From Amoeboaphelidium protococcarum X5 (lineage: Eukaryota > Fungi > Aphelidiomycota): a DNA stretch of 64,000 bases. Positions 53,862-64,000 of the stretch are shown here, in pieces; position 1 is the first letter of the stretch; each line of letters begins with the position of its first letter. The notes beneath the pieces were generated by a model. It did not search any database. It was not told the origin of the DNA and saw only the letters and a list, made by a program, of their open reading frames with translations. A program made the translations under genes and the position numbers. The stretch spans positions 1-64,000 of the forward strand of contig JALDTO010000247.1 of assembly GCA_023515725.1 (NCBI GenBank), written 5' to 3'.

Positions 53862-54956
53862 TCATTCATTTTACAATTTCCACAATTTAATCGATCCGTC
53901 ATCGGAACAGGTTGAGAAGATCGGATCTTTCGGGTGCCACTTGACACAATTGATATCACTCGAGTGAGCATTTGGGATTGATGAGATAAGTTCCAGGTAG
54001 ACTTGATCAGCTGAAACTCTGTACAAATTTATAGTATCATCACCACCTGCAGATACAACATAATCACCTTTCCAAGCCACATCATATACTGGTTGTGCGT
54101 GGGCATCGGTAAGTACTTGCAATACAGACCATTCATCAGTCTCCGTATCCCAGGACCATAAGATTATACTTCCATCAGCCGAACATGATACCATCCTCAA
54201 TCCATCTGCATTGAAATCGATAGACCATACAGTTCCAGTGTGTACAGTCAGAATCTAATGACAATACCAATCATCACCTCCAGACGCGTCCTCTTTCCAA
54301 ACTCGAATAGTGTCGTCATACGATGCACTGAATAGAATCTCCCTCGATGGATGCCATTTAACGCGCTTAACATCCCCTGTATGCTCCTGCAAGATGGCGA
54401 TACATTCATAATCAGTCTCTATGGCACGACCACTGTGATCATCATCTTCATCCACCCGATACTCCCATATCCATACACTCTTGTCGCGTGAGCAGGTGGC
54501 CAGTAGAGGAGCCACAGGACAAAAGTCGATACTCTTCACCTCATTCTCATGGCCTTCCAGGGATGCTTCATACTCAAAAGAGAATTTACTAGTATCATCA
54601 TTATCTTGATAATCCGCACCAGAGTCCTTCTTGATCCAGACACCGACAGAGGAATCAAATGAAGCACTAACTAAAGTATTACCAGACGGAGAGAATTCAA
54701 CAGCTCTGACAGTTCGCTTATGTCCATTTTATAGGCGGTCTATTTAGGTGAGCGGTTATTGCATGTACACCTATTATCGACTATCAACAGTGTCATCAAT
54801 GCCATGGAATCTATACAAATTAATCGCCTTGTCTGATGATGAAGACACCAAATATTATCCATCGCGACTCCAAGATAAGGACCACGCGGTATCCTCATGA
54901 GCATTATCTATGGTTTACACGCACGCAAGTCTGACTGTCGATGATGTCTTGGTCAT
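53862..54956 (-). CDS. CIA1: Cytosolic Fe-S assembly WD40 protein Cia1/CIAO1
   Basis: LEGHENEVKS; TCSRDKSVWIWE; EHTGDVKRVKWHP; SASYDDTIR. Confidence 0.9.
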
Positions 54957-55151
54957 TTCTGAGATATTTTCGGATGAATTTTTCGATGGAATTCTCTTTT
55001 AAGCGATAAGGACTGACTGACTGGCTTATTGATCACTGAAAGGTCGCGCGCGTCTCTTCCATTAAATAAGTCGCGTTTATTCTGCTTTAATCATCCCATT
55101 AATTTGAATTCGTATAGTATTTGTGTGAGTTTAAAAGAAGCTTAGTACGAA

Positions 55152-55846
55152 ATGGTTACAGCGTAAGATTAATTATATACTTCTTTTTTACTATTTTAGC
55201 GCTGTCATAATTCGGAATTGAGCGTGTGTGTAGAGAAACTATTTACCCAGAAGTGCTGTGGGCTCAGAGAGAAGATGTACTCTACATGTCCATCAATGTG
55301 CCTGACCTGCGCGATGAGTTTGTGGAGCTGAAGGAGGATTCATTCAAATTCGAAGGTTATAGTGGTCAGGCTGATGCGAAGAATGGACAAAAGTATCAGG
55401 TTGAATTCTAGTTCTGTCAAGCGGTGGTGCCTGAAGAATCCAAGCAGGCCAAGACTGCGCGTCAACTATCCTTTATCATCAAGAAGAAGGAGTCTGGTCC
55501 GTACTGGTCCAATCTGATCTCCCTACCTGCCGGTTAGAAGAAGCCTCATTGGCTCAAGACTGATTTCAGCAAGTGGAAGGATGAAGACGATGATGGCGAT
55601 GATGAAGAGGCGCCATCCATGGGCAGCGATCCGTTCGGCACTGGCATGGACTTTAGTCAACTGGCCGGCATGGGAGGATTAGGCGGTGCTGGTATGGACT
55701 TTTCTAGTCTGGGCGGTGCTGGAATGGGTGGCGGTGATTATAGCGATGACGATGAGGAAGATGGCGAAGATCTGGCTGAAGGTCCTACTGGGAAAGACTT
55801 GCCGGAGTTGGAAGAGGTTACTAGCGGTGAATAGGTTGAGCAGTGA
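55152..55846 (+). CDS. SBA1: Hsp90 co-chaperone p23/Sba1, one intron
   Basis: PEVLWAQR; KPHWLKTDFSKWKDEDD; Gly/Met-rich acidic tail. Confidence 0.9.
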
Positions 55847-56053
55847 ATATGAATAATAACAATGCAATTAAAATTCTTCGCTTTTACTTAATCTCAACAA
55901 ACTTGCAACTTAAGTTCGCGTTTGGCAGCTTTTCTTCACGGCTTTGTCGCTCGTTATTCCTAAACAATCTCACCCTTGTTCATCTCACAAATCTATCTCT
56001 TTTCACTTGGAGATAGTTTATTAATTTCAGCTAGTTCTTAAAATAAAATTAAA

Positions 56054-56606
56054 ATGTCTCTAGTAGCAACAGACTTTTGTCCAGTGTACGCTCCATTCTT
56101 CTCTGCATTGGGCGCTGCCTCTGCTGTCGCTTTCACTAGTAAGTAACATATAAATGTAAAGTTAGAAAGTATTATAATTATTTTAATAGCTTGTAGGCTT
56201 CGGAGCTGCTTATGGAACCGCCAAATCTGGAGTCGGCATTGTTGCTATGGGTGTCATGCGCCCTGACTTGATCATGAAGAGTGCAGTTCCCGTGGTCATG
56301 GCTGGTATTCTGGCTATTTATGGTCTGGTGGTGGGAGTTCTGATTACGAATAACGCCAATTAGTAGATGTCTCTCTTCACCGGCTTCCTACAACTGGGCG
56401 CCGGTCTCTCTGTCGGTTTATCTGGACTCGCCGCCGGTATCGCTGTCGGTGTGGTGGGTGATGCTGGTGTCAGAGGCTCTGCTCAGTAGCAGCGTGTGTT
56501 TGTCGGCATGATTCTGATTCTGATTTTCGCTGAAGTGCTCGGCTTGTACGGCTTGATCGTCAGTCTGATTCTTCACACTAAATCTGGTGATAGTAAGTGT
56601 ACTTGA
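56054..56606 (+). CDS. VMA3: V-ATPase 16-kDa proteolipid subunit c, one intron
   Basis: CPVYAPFF; [10 protein letters not shown]; [13 protein letters not shown]; [19 protein letters not shown]. Confidence 0.95.
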
Positions 56607-56735
56607 GTATTACTTACATCTTCCTGGTGGTGAGTATATGAAAATAGTAAAGAATGAAGTCTTGCATTTTTATGATTTCAATTTAAGGATTTTTTAATGA
56701 CACTTTATCACTGTTCCTCATAGAGCGATACTCAA

Positions 56736-57197
56736 TCAGAATCCAGCAGCAGTTGCCCACATTCTTATAGTCTTGGACACGTTTCCTTTGACGATTACGT
56801 GGTTAGTGTTTGGATTAATGTCCACATGATCATGAGGCATCACTTTTATAAGCATCTCTCGCAGCGCACTCACGTTTCCTTCAACCCGCCTTACCACAGT
56901 CTACACTCTATTCCTTCCATTCTTGTACTCTGTATATACGGGCAGATGTCCATTGATGGTTCTCTTTATCTCGAATGGCAACTGCTCTCGAGGCTTAAGC
57001 GCGTCCTGCGGTATCTCGATAGGCTAGAAATATCTCTTCACATTATCACGGCCCAGTACGAATGGTCGATGTCTATCGCGTATTCTCCGATACTGCTCTT
57101 CAGTCAGTGGTTCCTTGGTGTTACCTTTCCATACAGTGGATTTATTACGCGCACTCTTGGATGCGACACCTCTTAGCTACTGAATTAGTTTAATCAT
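56736..57197 (-). CDS. IMG2: Mitochondrial ribosomal protein mL49 (Img2/MRPL49)
   Basis: LPFEIKRTINGHLPVYTEYKNGRNRVQTVVRRVEGNV; C-terminal WATAAGF. Confidence 0.8.
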
Positions 57198-57509
57198 TGT
57201 TGATATGTCTCGCGTATGATAATTAGTAGTGCAGAGATATCAAAGAGATTACGAGGAGCGAGAGAGCCAAGCAATGTCGCAAAATTAAATATTACAATGT
57301 TGGAATCCTTTATGGTGATAATCGTCTTTAATAGCACACAGCTTACTATTACAGTACACATTGGAAGACGAGATTGATATATGTGTGTAAAAAAACTTTA
57401 CATCTAGCTACTGTACAAAGATCATTGATTAAGTCCCGAATATCCAATAATAATCGCCGACATCTATCAAACTGAACCAACCTCATTTTTTGTAGATCTG
57501 AACTATTAC

Positions 57510-58685
57510 ATGCGCTATATAGGCATCTAATATCATGTTAAGTACTGTCTGATTAAACAAGTGGATATTTCCAATATTGATGTAATGATAATGTCGCGGC
57601 ATTTAGCCAAAACGGGCGTTAAACAATGGTTGCCATAAAATCTCTTTGAGGGGTACAATCCCTCTTTTGATGATTTGCTAAATTCTGCTAACGTGTAAAG
57701 AAATTATATACTGGAAATGCGGCTTATAATACCATCTTAGAGGTGGCTGTTAGTCGTCTGGCTTTAATTTGCAATATGTTGGGCTCTCTGGAATGACCCT
57801 CGGACGCGTCTTAGTGTGTATATGCCGCGGGTGTACTCTGTGCGATCTTCCGATGATATGAATGAGTCAGTGGCGTCTGCGCCCACTCTAGCCTCCACTA
57901 GACACAGTGTGGATGGCAGCATTATGGACTATAAATATCTCGAGCTGAAGGCACTCTCACAACACTTAAAGTCTGGGGAGTATGGTACATTCTGCGTACG
58001 TTATAACGATGTCCGCCTGACGCGTCAGGTGCATCCTCACTTTGAACTGTATGTGCAGCGCACTGATAGGAAGGGAAGATTAAATTTGTTTAAGACATTG
58101 CATGTTGAAAGCGTAACTCCTGTATCACAGATTCTGAAATAAGAAATGATATTTGATCCAAATGTACTCAAGTCATTGCTTAACCATAACAACTAGAAGC
58201 TGCAGTATGAATATCGATATAGTCTGAATAAATATCGTCAGGCTCAGGAGTGCCAAAAGTACTTTGATTAGACTGATGACTTGATTAGAAAGACGAAATC
58301 CTCTAGTGTCCCTCTAATGGTGTCATTCTAAATCCCCCTCTCTCTAGGCAAGCGGGAAGCTGGGTTTCCCGTGTTGTTAAACTACCGATTCATCTTTGGC
58401 TACACGGGACTGATGAGAGTGCTGACATTCTCGCGAAAGTTTGCAATCGCAGATTCTTATGCGTCAATGGGAAGGGATGGTGCCTATTACGATCATGAAT
58501 CATTCACAATAAAGACCAACCCAATCAATAGGCGATTGCACAAGTAATAGCGCAAAGCTGATCAGATGAGCATTTCATCATAAACGCGGCCTCTAAAGCT
58601 TGAGCGTGGCGACTCTGATGACGAGCGTGTTATTAATTTGCTACAGCCAGATGATAATGACTTTGTCATTGACTTGAATTAATGA
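57510..58685 (+). CDS. Hypothetical protein (5' exon structure uncertain)
   Basis: About 390-codon TGA-free frame ending at TGA 58683-58685; no recognised motif. Confidence 0.5.
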
Positions 58686-58812
58686 AATGTTATAATAACG
58701 ATAGTCTGATACTTTCTTATCTCCGATATAGTTTTTAGATTGTGTGCCCCGATTTTATTCAGTACTTTTATCACAGTTTTCCCTTTGTTATTTTATAGCT
58801 CCAGCTAAGACA

Positions 58813-59735
58813 ATGACATCAGAAAATTATATAGTCTTGAAAGGATTTAGTTCGTTCTTGTAATAGAATAGATTGTCAAAGGAACAGTCTGATCAATTGC
58901 TCCAAGAATAAAGTAAAGCGTTATTGCTGACTCACGATCCTCAGTGGAAATAGTACTTGGAGGAGAGTAGTCGATTTTAAACCGCTTTCGGTCTTAATCA
59001 GTATGGAGTTCAAGTTGGCGATCCTCAACCTTATTCTCTTACGAAGAGGTCTTCTTCAAAAGCTGCTCTTAACTCTACTACTGCTCCGAATGACGGAGAT
59101 ATCAACAACAAAGCTGAAGATGACGGAGCTTAAGCATAAGACAAGACACACCAACCAACATTCACGCGGAAATTGGTCGAGCCTCGTATAAAAAAAGTGC
59201 GCAAGGTTGAGCCTGAGGCTGATGGCTCTTATTAGTTCAAGGCCAAGTTTGGATATCTGAGAATGGTTGATCTCGGGCAGATTGAGTATGAAGATTAGAG
59301 TTTCCACACGGATCGATACATATTCCCACTCAATTACAAGGTTGTGAGAGAGTTTCAAAGTATAGTTGATCCTGCAATTGATAAAGTTTGGTACGAGGCT
59401 ACGATATCTAAAGGGGAAGCGGGAATTTTGGTAAGATTATTCCATCTCTTATTCTCATTCATTGTATGACGCGTATATTTTATATTGACATAAGGCTGTA
59501 GTTTCAAGTCAAAAGTTTGGAAACTGGCCAAGTATTTGATGGAAGATCCAGTAGCGGTGCTTGGGCCAAAGTGGTTCAAGCTGTGTGTACACTGAGAGAC
59601 AGGCCAATTCCGAATGCTATTCAAGGCCCGGATCTTTACGGATTCACCATTCCAGAGATTGCGTAAATGATCTAAAACTTGCCCAACGCTGAAATGTGCA
59701 AGGCGTATCACTCTCAGACTTTCATAGAGAAATGA
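58813..59735 (+). CDS. FYRN/FYRC domain protein (TBRG1-like), one intron
   Basis: LGQI...FHTDRYIFPLNYKVVR (FYRN); SSSGAW...GPDLYGF...IQNLPNAEMCKAY (FYRC). Confidence 0.8.
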
Positions 59736-59843
59736 TTGATTGAAAGGACAAGATTGTGAATAGTTTTTGGTTAATAACTTTTTACATTACTATTCATACT
59801 CATAAAATTTACTCAAGTTTAAATCGTTCCCAGATCAATTAAA

Positions 59844-60668
59844 TCATTCCCATTCAAGAGGATTCCAGCAAGTTACCAAGTTCTCATCCCAGCTGTTCAT
59901 CTCATCCAAGTCCTCTGGCCTCAACTTGAAGTCCATTACATTAAAGTTCTCTTCAATACGACTCTCATTCACAGATTTAGGTATGACCACAAAGTTCATC
60001 TCAATACACCACTTGATCAACATTTGACCATTTGACTTGCCATACATGTTTGCCATCTTGGTCAACTTCTCATCCCTGATCTTCTTACCGTGTGTCAGAG
60101 GACTATACGCTTCAATGACAATCTTCTTCTCGTTACAGTAATCAACCAACTCTTTACGCGTCTTGTACAGATATGGGTGCATTTCAATCTGATTAATCAC
60201 AGGCAGTTCTAATCCAGCCTTTTCAATTTCTTTCAGATGGTGAACATTGTAATTGCTCACCCCGATCGACTTGATCAAGCCTTCCTTCTTCAACTGCATC
60301 AGGGCTTTCCAAGACTCCAAACGCGGACCGACTTGAGGACTATGGATCAAGTACAAGTCGACATAATCCAGACCAAGCTTCTTCAAACTGGTCTTAAATG
60401 CAGTTTTCGCAGAATCGATATCCTTCTAACCTGAAGTCGCCAACTTGGTAGTGACAAAGATCTCTTCACGCGGGATCTTGCTGTCCGCAATAGCACGGCC
60501 AACATCGTCTTCATTCTCATACGCAGCCGCAGTGTCAATATGACGATAACCGACTTTGAGTGCATGCAGGACTGCGTTGTACGCCTCGCCCTGACTGGCC
60601 TTCCAAACACCGAGGCCAATCACTGGAATAGAGTTACCGTCATGAAACTAGATTTGTCCCTATGTCAT
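59844..60668 (-). CDS. Aldo-keto reductase
   Basis: IGLGVW; [14 protein letters not shown]; FVTTKL; DLYLIHSP; IGVSNY; NQIEMHP; IPKS. Confidence 0.95.
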
Positions 60669-61278
60669 ATTATATACTTAAAGTAATACTAAATTCTTTA
60701 AGAGTATTAAACAAAGCGAAAGTTAAAAAAGAAAGATAGAGATTCTGTTCACCTGACAATGTGGAATATCACGCAATTGTTCGTCATCACATAATCAACA
60801 TTCAATCATCTCCTTGAGTTAATTATTCATCCATATAGTCACAGATGGTGTAATGATTGTATATTCACTGAGATGAAAAGATCAATAATCGATATCTGGT
60901 AGGTAGTTAAAATATAGATAGACGTGATCAGTTATTGATTAAACGTTCTGTATAAAGTACAGTAGATAATTACTAAATCTGCAATCCGTCTCGTAAGATA
61001 AACATTGCAATTTGAATAAATTCATATTGCAGAGATATCACCAAGTGTCGTACAATAATAGACATTGATAATAATCAGGTTGATTTCAGTTCCAAACCAT
61101 CTTATTCATTAAACCAGCTTCCTCTAAGTCTCTCTCTTTGAACTTGGTACAGATCGCAACTAACCTAACGCGCTTTTCGCAACATTTTCGCCGTTCATTC
61201 ACTCGGCAGTTCTGTAAAGGATCGGCTCTCTTTTTATCATTATAATAACCCGGTAGATCTCTCTTTATACACACACAA

Positions 61279-62751
61279 ATGACTGTACAGAATATGACAG
61301 CAGTGGATGGAGTTGACAAGAATTTTATGAAATATCTGGACGTTCATCTGGCTCTCAAGTACGTCAGGCTACTGAAGGCATCAGGAAGTCAGAGTGAGGA
61401 TGATCTCAATTAAGCCATGTTGACATTATTAGGCAAGACGCGCCAGATGGATGCTGCTATTGATCTTGCCTAGAAGGTGGGTAAATCGGATTTTGTTAAA
61501 GGTAAATTATTCTCTATGCAGTTGCGGTGGTGATTATGATCTCGATGATGTCGAAATACTAAATAATATACGCTAATCTGATCGCTGCTTTACTAAAGCG
61601 CCAAATGAGCGATATTCATATGCTGAGAGTTTATCATCATCTTCACCGCCACTGTGACTTTACTCAATGTACGTGATTTTATTTTATATTCCAATTACTC
61701 TGTAGAATTTGAAAGTAAGCGTGAATAGATTACAAAAGAAGTGAATGACCAATAGAGAAAGACTTTGAAATTCCAGGATGCTTTAAACGATGAAGCGCTG
61801 AAGGCTTAGTTCACTCACGATCGCAGCGCTAATATGGCACTGATCCAGTCTAAAGTTAGTATTGGCACTGAGGAAATTAACGCGTTAATCTCATTAATGT
61901 ACATGCTTTATGATTGTGGAAAGTACAAGGAAACTTTGTCGCTGGCCAAGTAACTGGAGTAGGTGACTAATTATCGTAAGGCTGATTAGCTGTGGTTGCA
62001 GTTGGCTTGTACCTTGAACGTGGAAGAAGGTGATGCAAGTGCGATGGAGTCCTGGTTGAGGTTGAGAGAGGAGCTTGAAGTGTCCAAGCTGTCTCCTCAG
62101 GCAGTTTTCATGAAGTAGGCGTGGTTGGCAAACTGGTCCTTGTTCGTGTTAAACTCTGGCAATGTATTTGATGATTTGCTGCAGTCTTATCTGGCATCTC
62201 ATTATCAGATTATGATTTAGAATGAATGTCCGCATTTGATGCGATATGCTATTGTTTGCTATCTCCTGCAGTCGTCATCTCTAGGCAAAAAACTGGCTGA
62301 ATGCGTTCAATTAGTTAAAGAAGATGCTCAGTCTACACTCGATCCTATAGTGAAGTGGTTCACATCTCTGCATGTGGATTTCGACTTTGATTAATGCAGT
62401 TCTTTGTGGCCTTAAATTACAGACTTATTGGACAAGGATGTATTTTTGCACCCTCTGAAAGATAAAATAATGAATGGCATTCGCCATGAGTTAATTAGAG
62501 TATGTGGGCGCACTCTGGATAATGTTCCTTCAGAGCTGTTGTCGAAGTATCTAAATTTGAATGGAACTGAATAATTATCCGCATTTATTGCACAATGTGG
62601 CGATAAATTCAAGTTACAAGATGGTCTTTTGCGTGTGTAAACTAGTCAAGTCCCACGTTAGTTGACTCTACTCTCTCGTCTATAAGAATATGCGCGAAAG
62701 TCAGAGAGGATCATTGCTGGCTTGGAGACTGTTCAAAGTTCATCTGAATGA
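61279..62751 (+). CDS. EIF3E: Translation initiation factor 3 subunit e (Int6), divergent; intron 61502-61705
   Basis: KYLDVHL; AWLANWSLFV; IQNECPHLMRY; LHVDFDFD; DVFL match eIF3e motifs. Confidence 0.75.
61541..61629 (+). ncRNA. Intronic box C/D snoRNA, SNORD54/U54-like (18S Gm guide)
   Basis: Box C-like ATGATGT 61545-61551, D' CTGA 61578-61581, D CTGA 61623-61626, terminal CTC/GAG stem plus a longer flanking stem; 12-nt guide TAATATACGCTA antisense to conserved 18S UAGCGUAUAUUA. Confidence 0.8.
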
Positions 62752-63141
62752 TTATAATCCGACTTTTGGTGACTTGAACTGAATAAAAGTTTAAATTTAT
62801 TTTTATAGTCTCAACTTGATTTTTGAGTAGTTTTGAAATGTTTTGACTACCCGAACTTGAGTTCTCCTATAGTGAGCGGATCAACTAGAGCAACTCTCGG
62901 TAACTTTCTCTATCTCTCTTGAAGATTTACAGCATATGAAATGCAGAGAAGCGGAAGAGGTTGAGACGCCTAAAGTCTTGGCCAATGATGTAGCGCGTTG
63001 AATTGGTCTCTGAAACGGCAGTACAGTGTTCCGCAGGTGGAGATTCGACGCGTCGCGTGATCAAAACAATAACAATGCCATTGATAATATCTTATGGCAT
63101 CCTTGTGTCAACTTTAACAATTGTCTCCGCACTTTAAACAA

Positions 63142-64000
63142 ATGTCATCTTAAGGCTCTATATAATTAAGGATGAACTTACGAGACAAATTTGCAAACGA
63201 TAAAGTTGGTTCTACTTAGATGGACAACTCTCAGACACCCTGCTTAGTCCCTCACATTGGTGCTCGCGGAAGTTCCTAAGACTCTATGTCCACTGGCAAT
63301 ATATCTCCACCTGCATCCATCTCTACTGGCTCAGATCAAAGTTCCAACTATAGCAAAAAGTCTTATGATATTGTGTCCTGTGGTACATCATCCAAACTGA
63401 AAATGCTGCCAATTGCAAAGCCAATGCTATTCAATATCGAGAATGGGAAGCATACGATGCTCACCCAGGCTGAATTCCATTCTATAGACAGAGAGAGACG
63501 CGTTCTGCAGTCCAAGATGTCGGAACTGCAAGTCAGCCTCAAGATTGAGAAGAGAGTCAAAGATGCCGCGCACTCCATGCTGCAGTTGTATTCCGAGAAG
63601 GATCTGAAACAGTTGAAGCGTCTGTTTCAGGAGATTCTGCAATTGTTCAAGCGCGAGATTGAATTGTTGCGTCTGTTGTGTGCATACTCTTTACGGTCCA
63701 CGGAGCTAGCTGACATTTAGTTGGGGCATAATAATGCGGCATGGTAGGTGTATGCTTCATCAAGAGATCATGGTTAAGCTACTTTTGGTAGTAAGTCTAG
63801 TGAACAAGTGAGAAAAGATTTTGACTCGTAAACTCTGAAAACGTAATTGAAGAATTATAAATCTGAGCTCAAGACTGTAAAGTCTGAGTTATCCCATCTG
63901 AAGTGTAAGAATGAAGTTCTAACTGGAGAATAGAATGCCTTGCTAAAATTGAATCAAGATCAAGAATCTCTAATTACTCAGCTGTAGAGCAGTTTGAACC
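63142..64000 (+). CDS. Uds1/HR1-like coiled-coil protein (partial, runs off the window end)
   Basis: LTQAEFHSIDRERRVLQSKMSELQVSLKIEKRVKDAAHSMLQLY resembles the Uds1/HR1 LE.K.RDAA motif. Confidence 0.55.

Noticed and set aside
61610-61622. Second snoRNA guide upstream of box D (resembles the complement of LSU 5' AGCAUAUCAAUA)
   Set aside because: Has an internal mismatch and overlaps the box; cannot be supported without the organism's rRNA

Overview
Gene-dense, intron-poor eukaryotic DNA of fungal or fungal-sister (Holomycota-like) type that uses a NON-STANDARD genetic code: TAA/TAG = Gln and TGA is the only stop (NCBI table 6 type). This is why the supplied standard-code ORF track is fragmented. 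The code, compact layout and gene content fit the aphelid Amoeboaphelidium protococcarum (inference, not verified). Re-reading with TAR=Gln gives about 40 genes, mostly housekeeping (NCA2, IP6 kinase, CK2beta, PPE1, BUB3, ARL2, ARF1, PIK1, MRI1, SKP1, NSE4, ABZ1, cytochrome c, GUF1, B12-dependent methylmalonyl-CoA mutase, CIA1, p23, VMA3, eIF3e and others). The standout is an intact, intronless 771-aa Fanzor1-type (eukaryotic TnpB-like, RNA-guided RuvC) nuclease at 31478-33793. It is written in the host's code, keeps the D-E-D catalytic triad, has a structured omegaRNA-like region over its 3' end and has no adjacent transposase. It lies between two tandem paralogous membrane-protein genes. Also found: an intronic C/D snoRNA (SNORD54/U54-like) in eIF3e, a small PD-(D/E)xK nuclease-fold ORF, and a tandem pair of putative secreted proteins, one pseudogenised. 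All translations and coordinates were done by hand. Multi-exon genes are given as start-to-stop spans.
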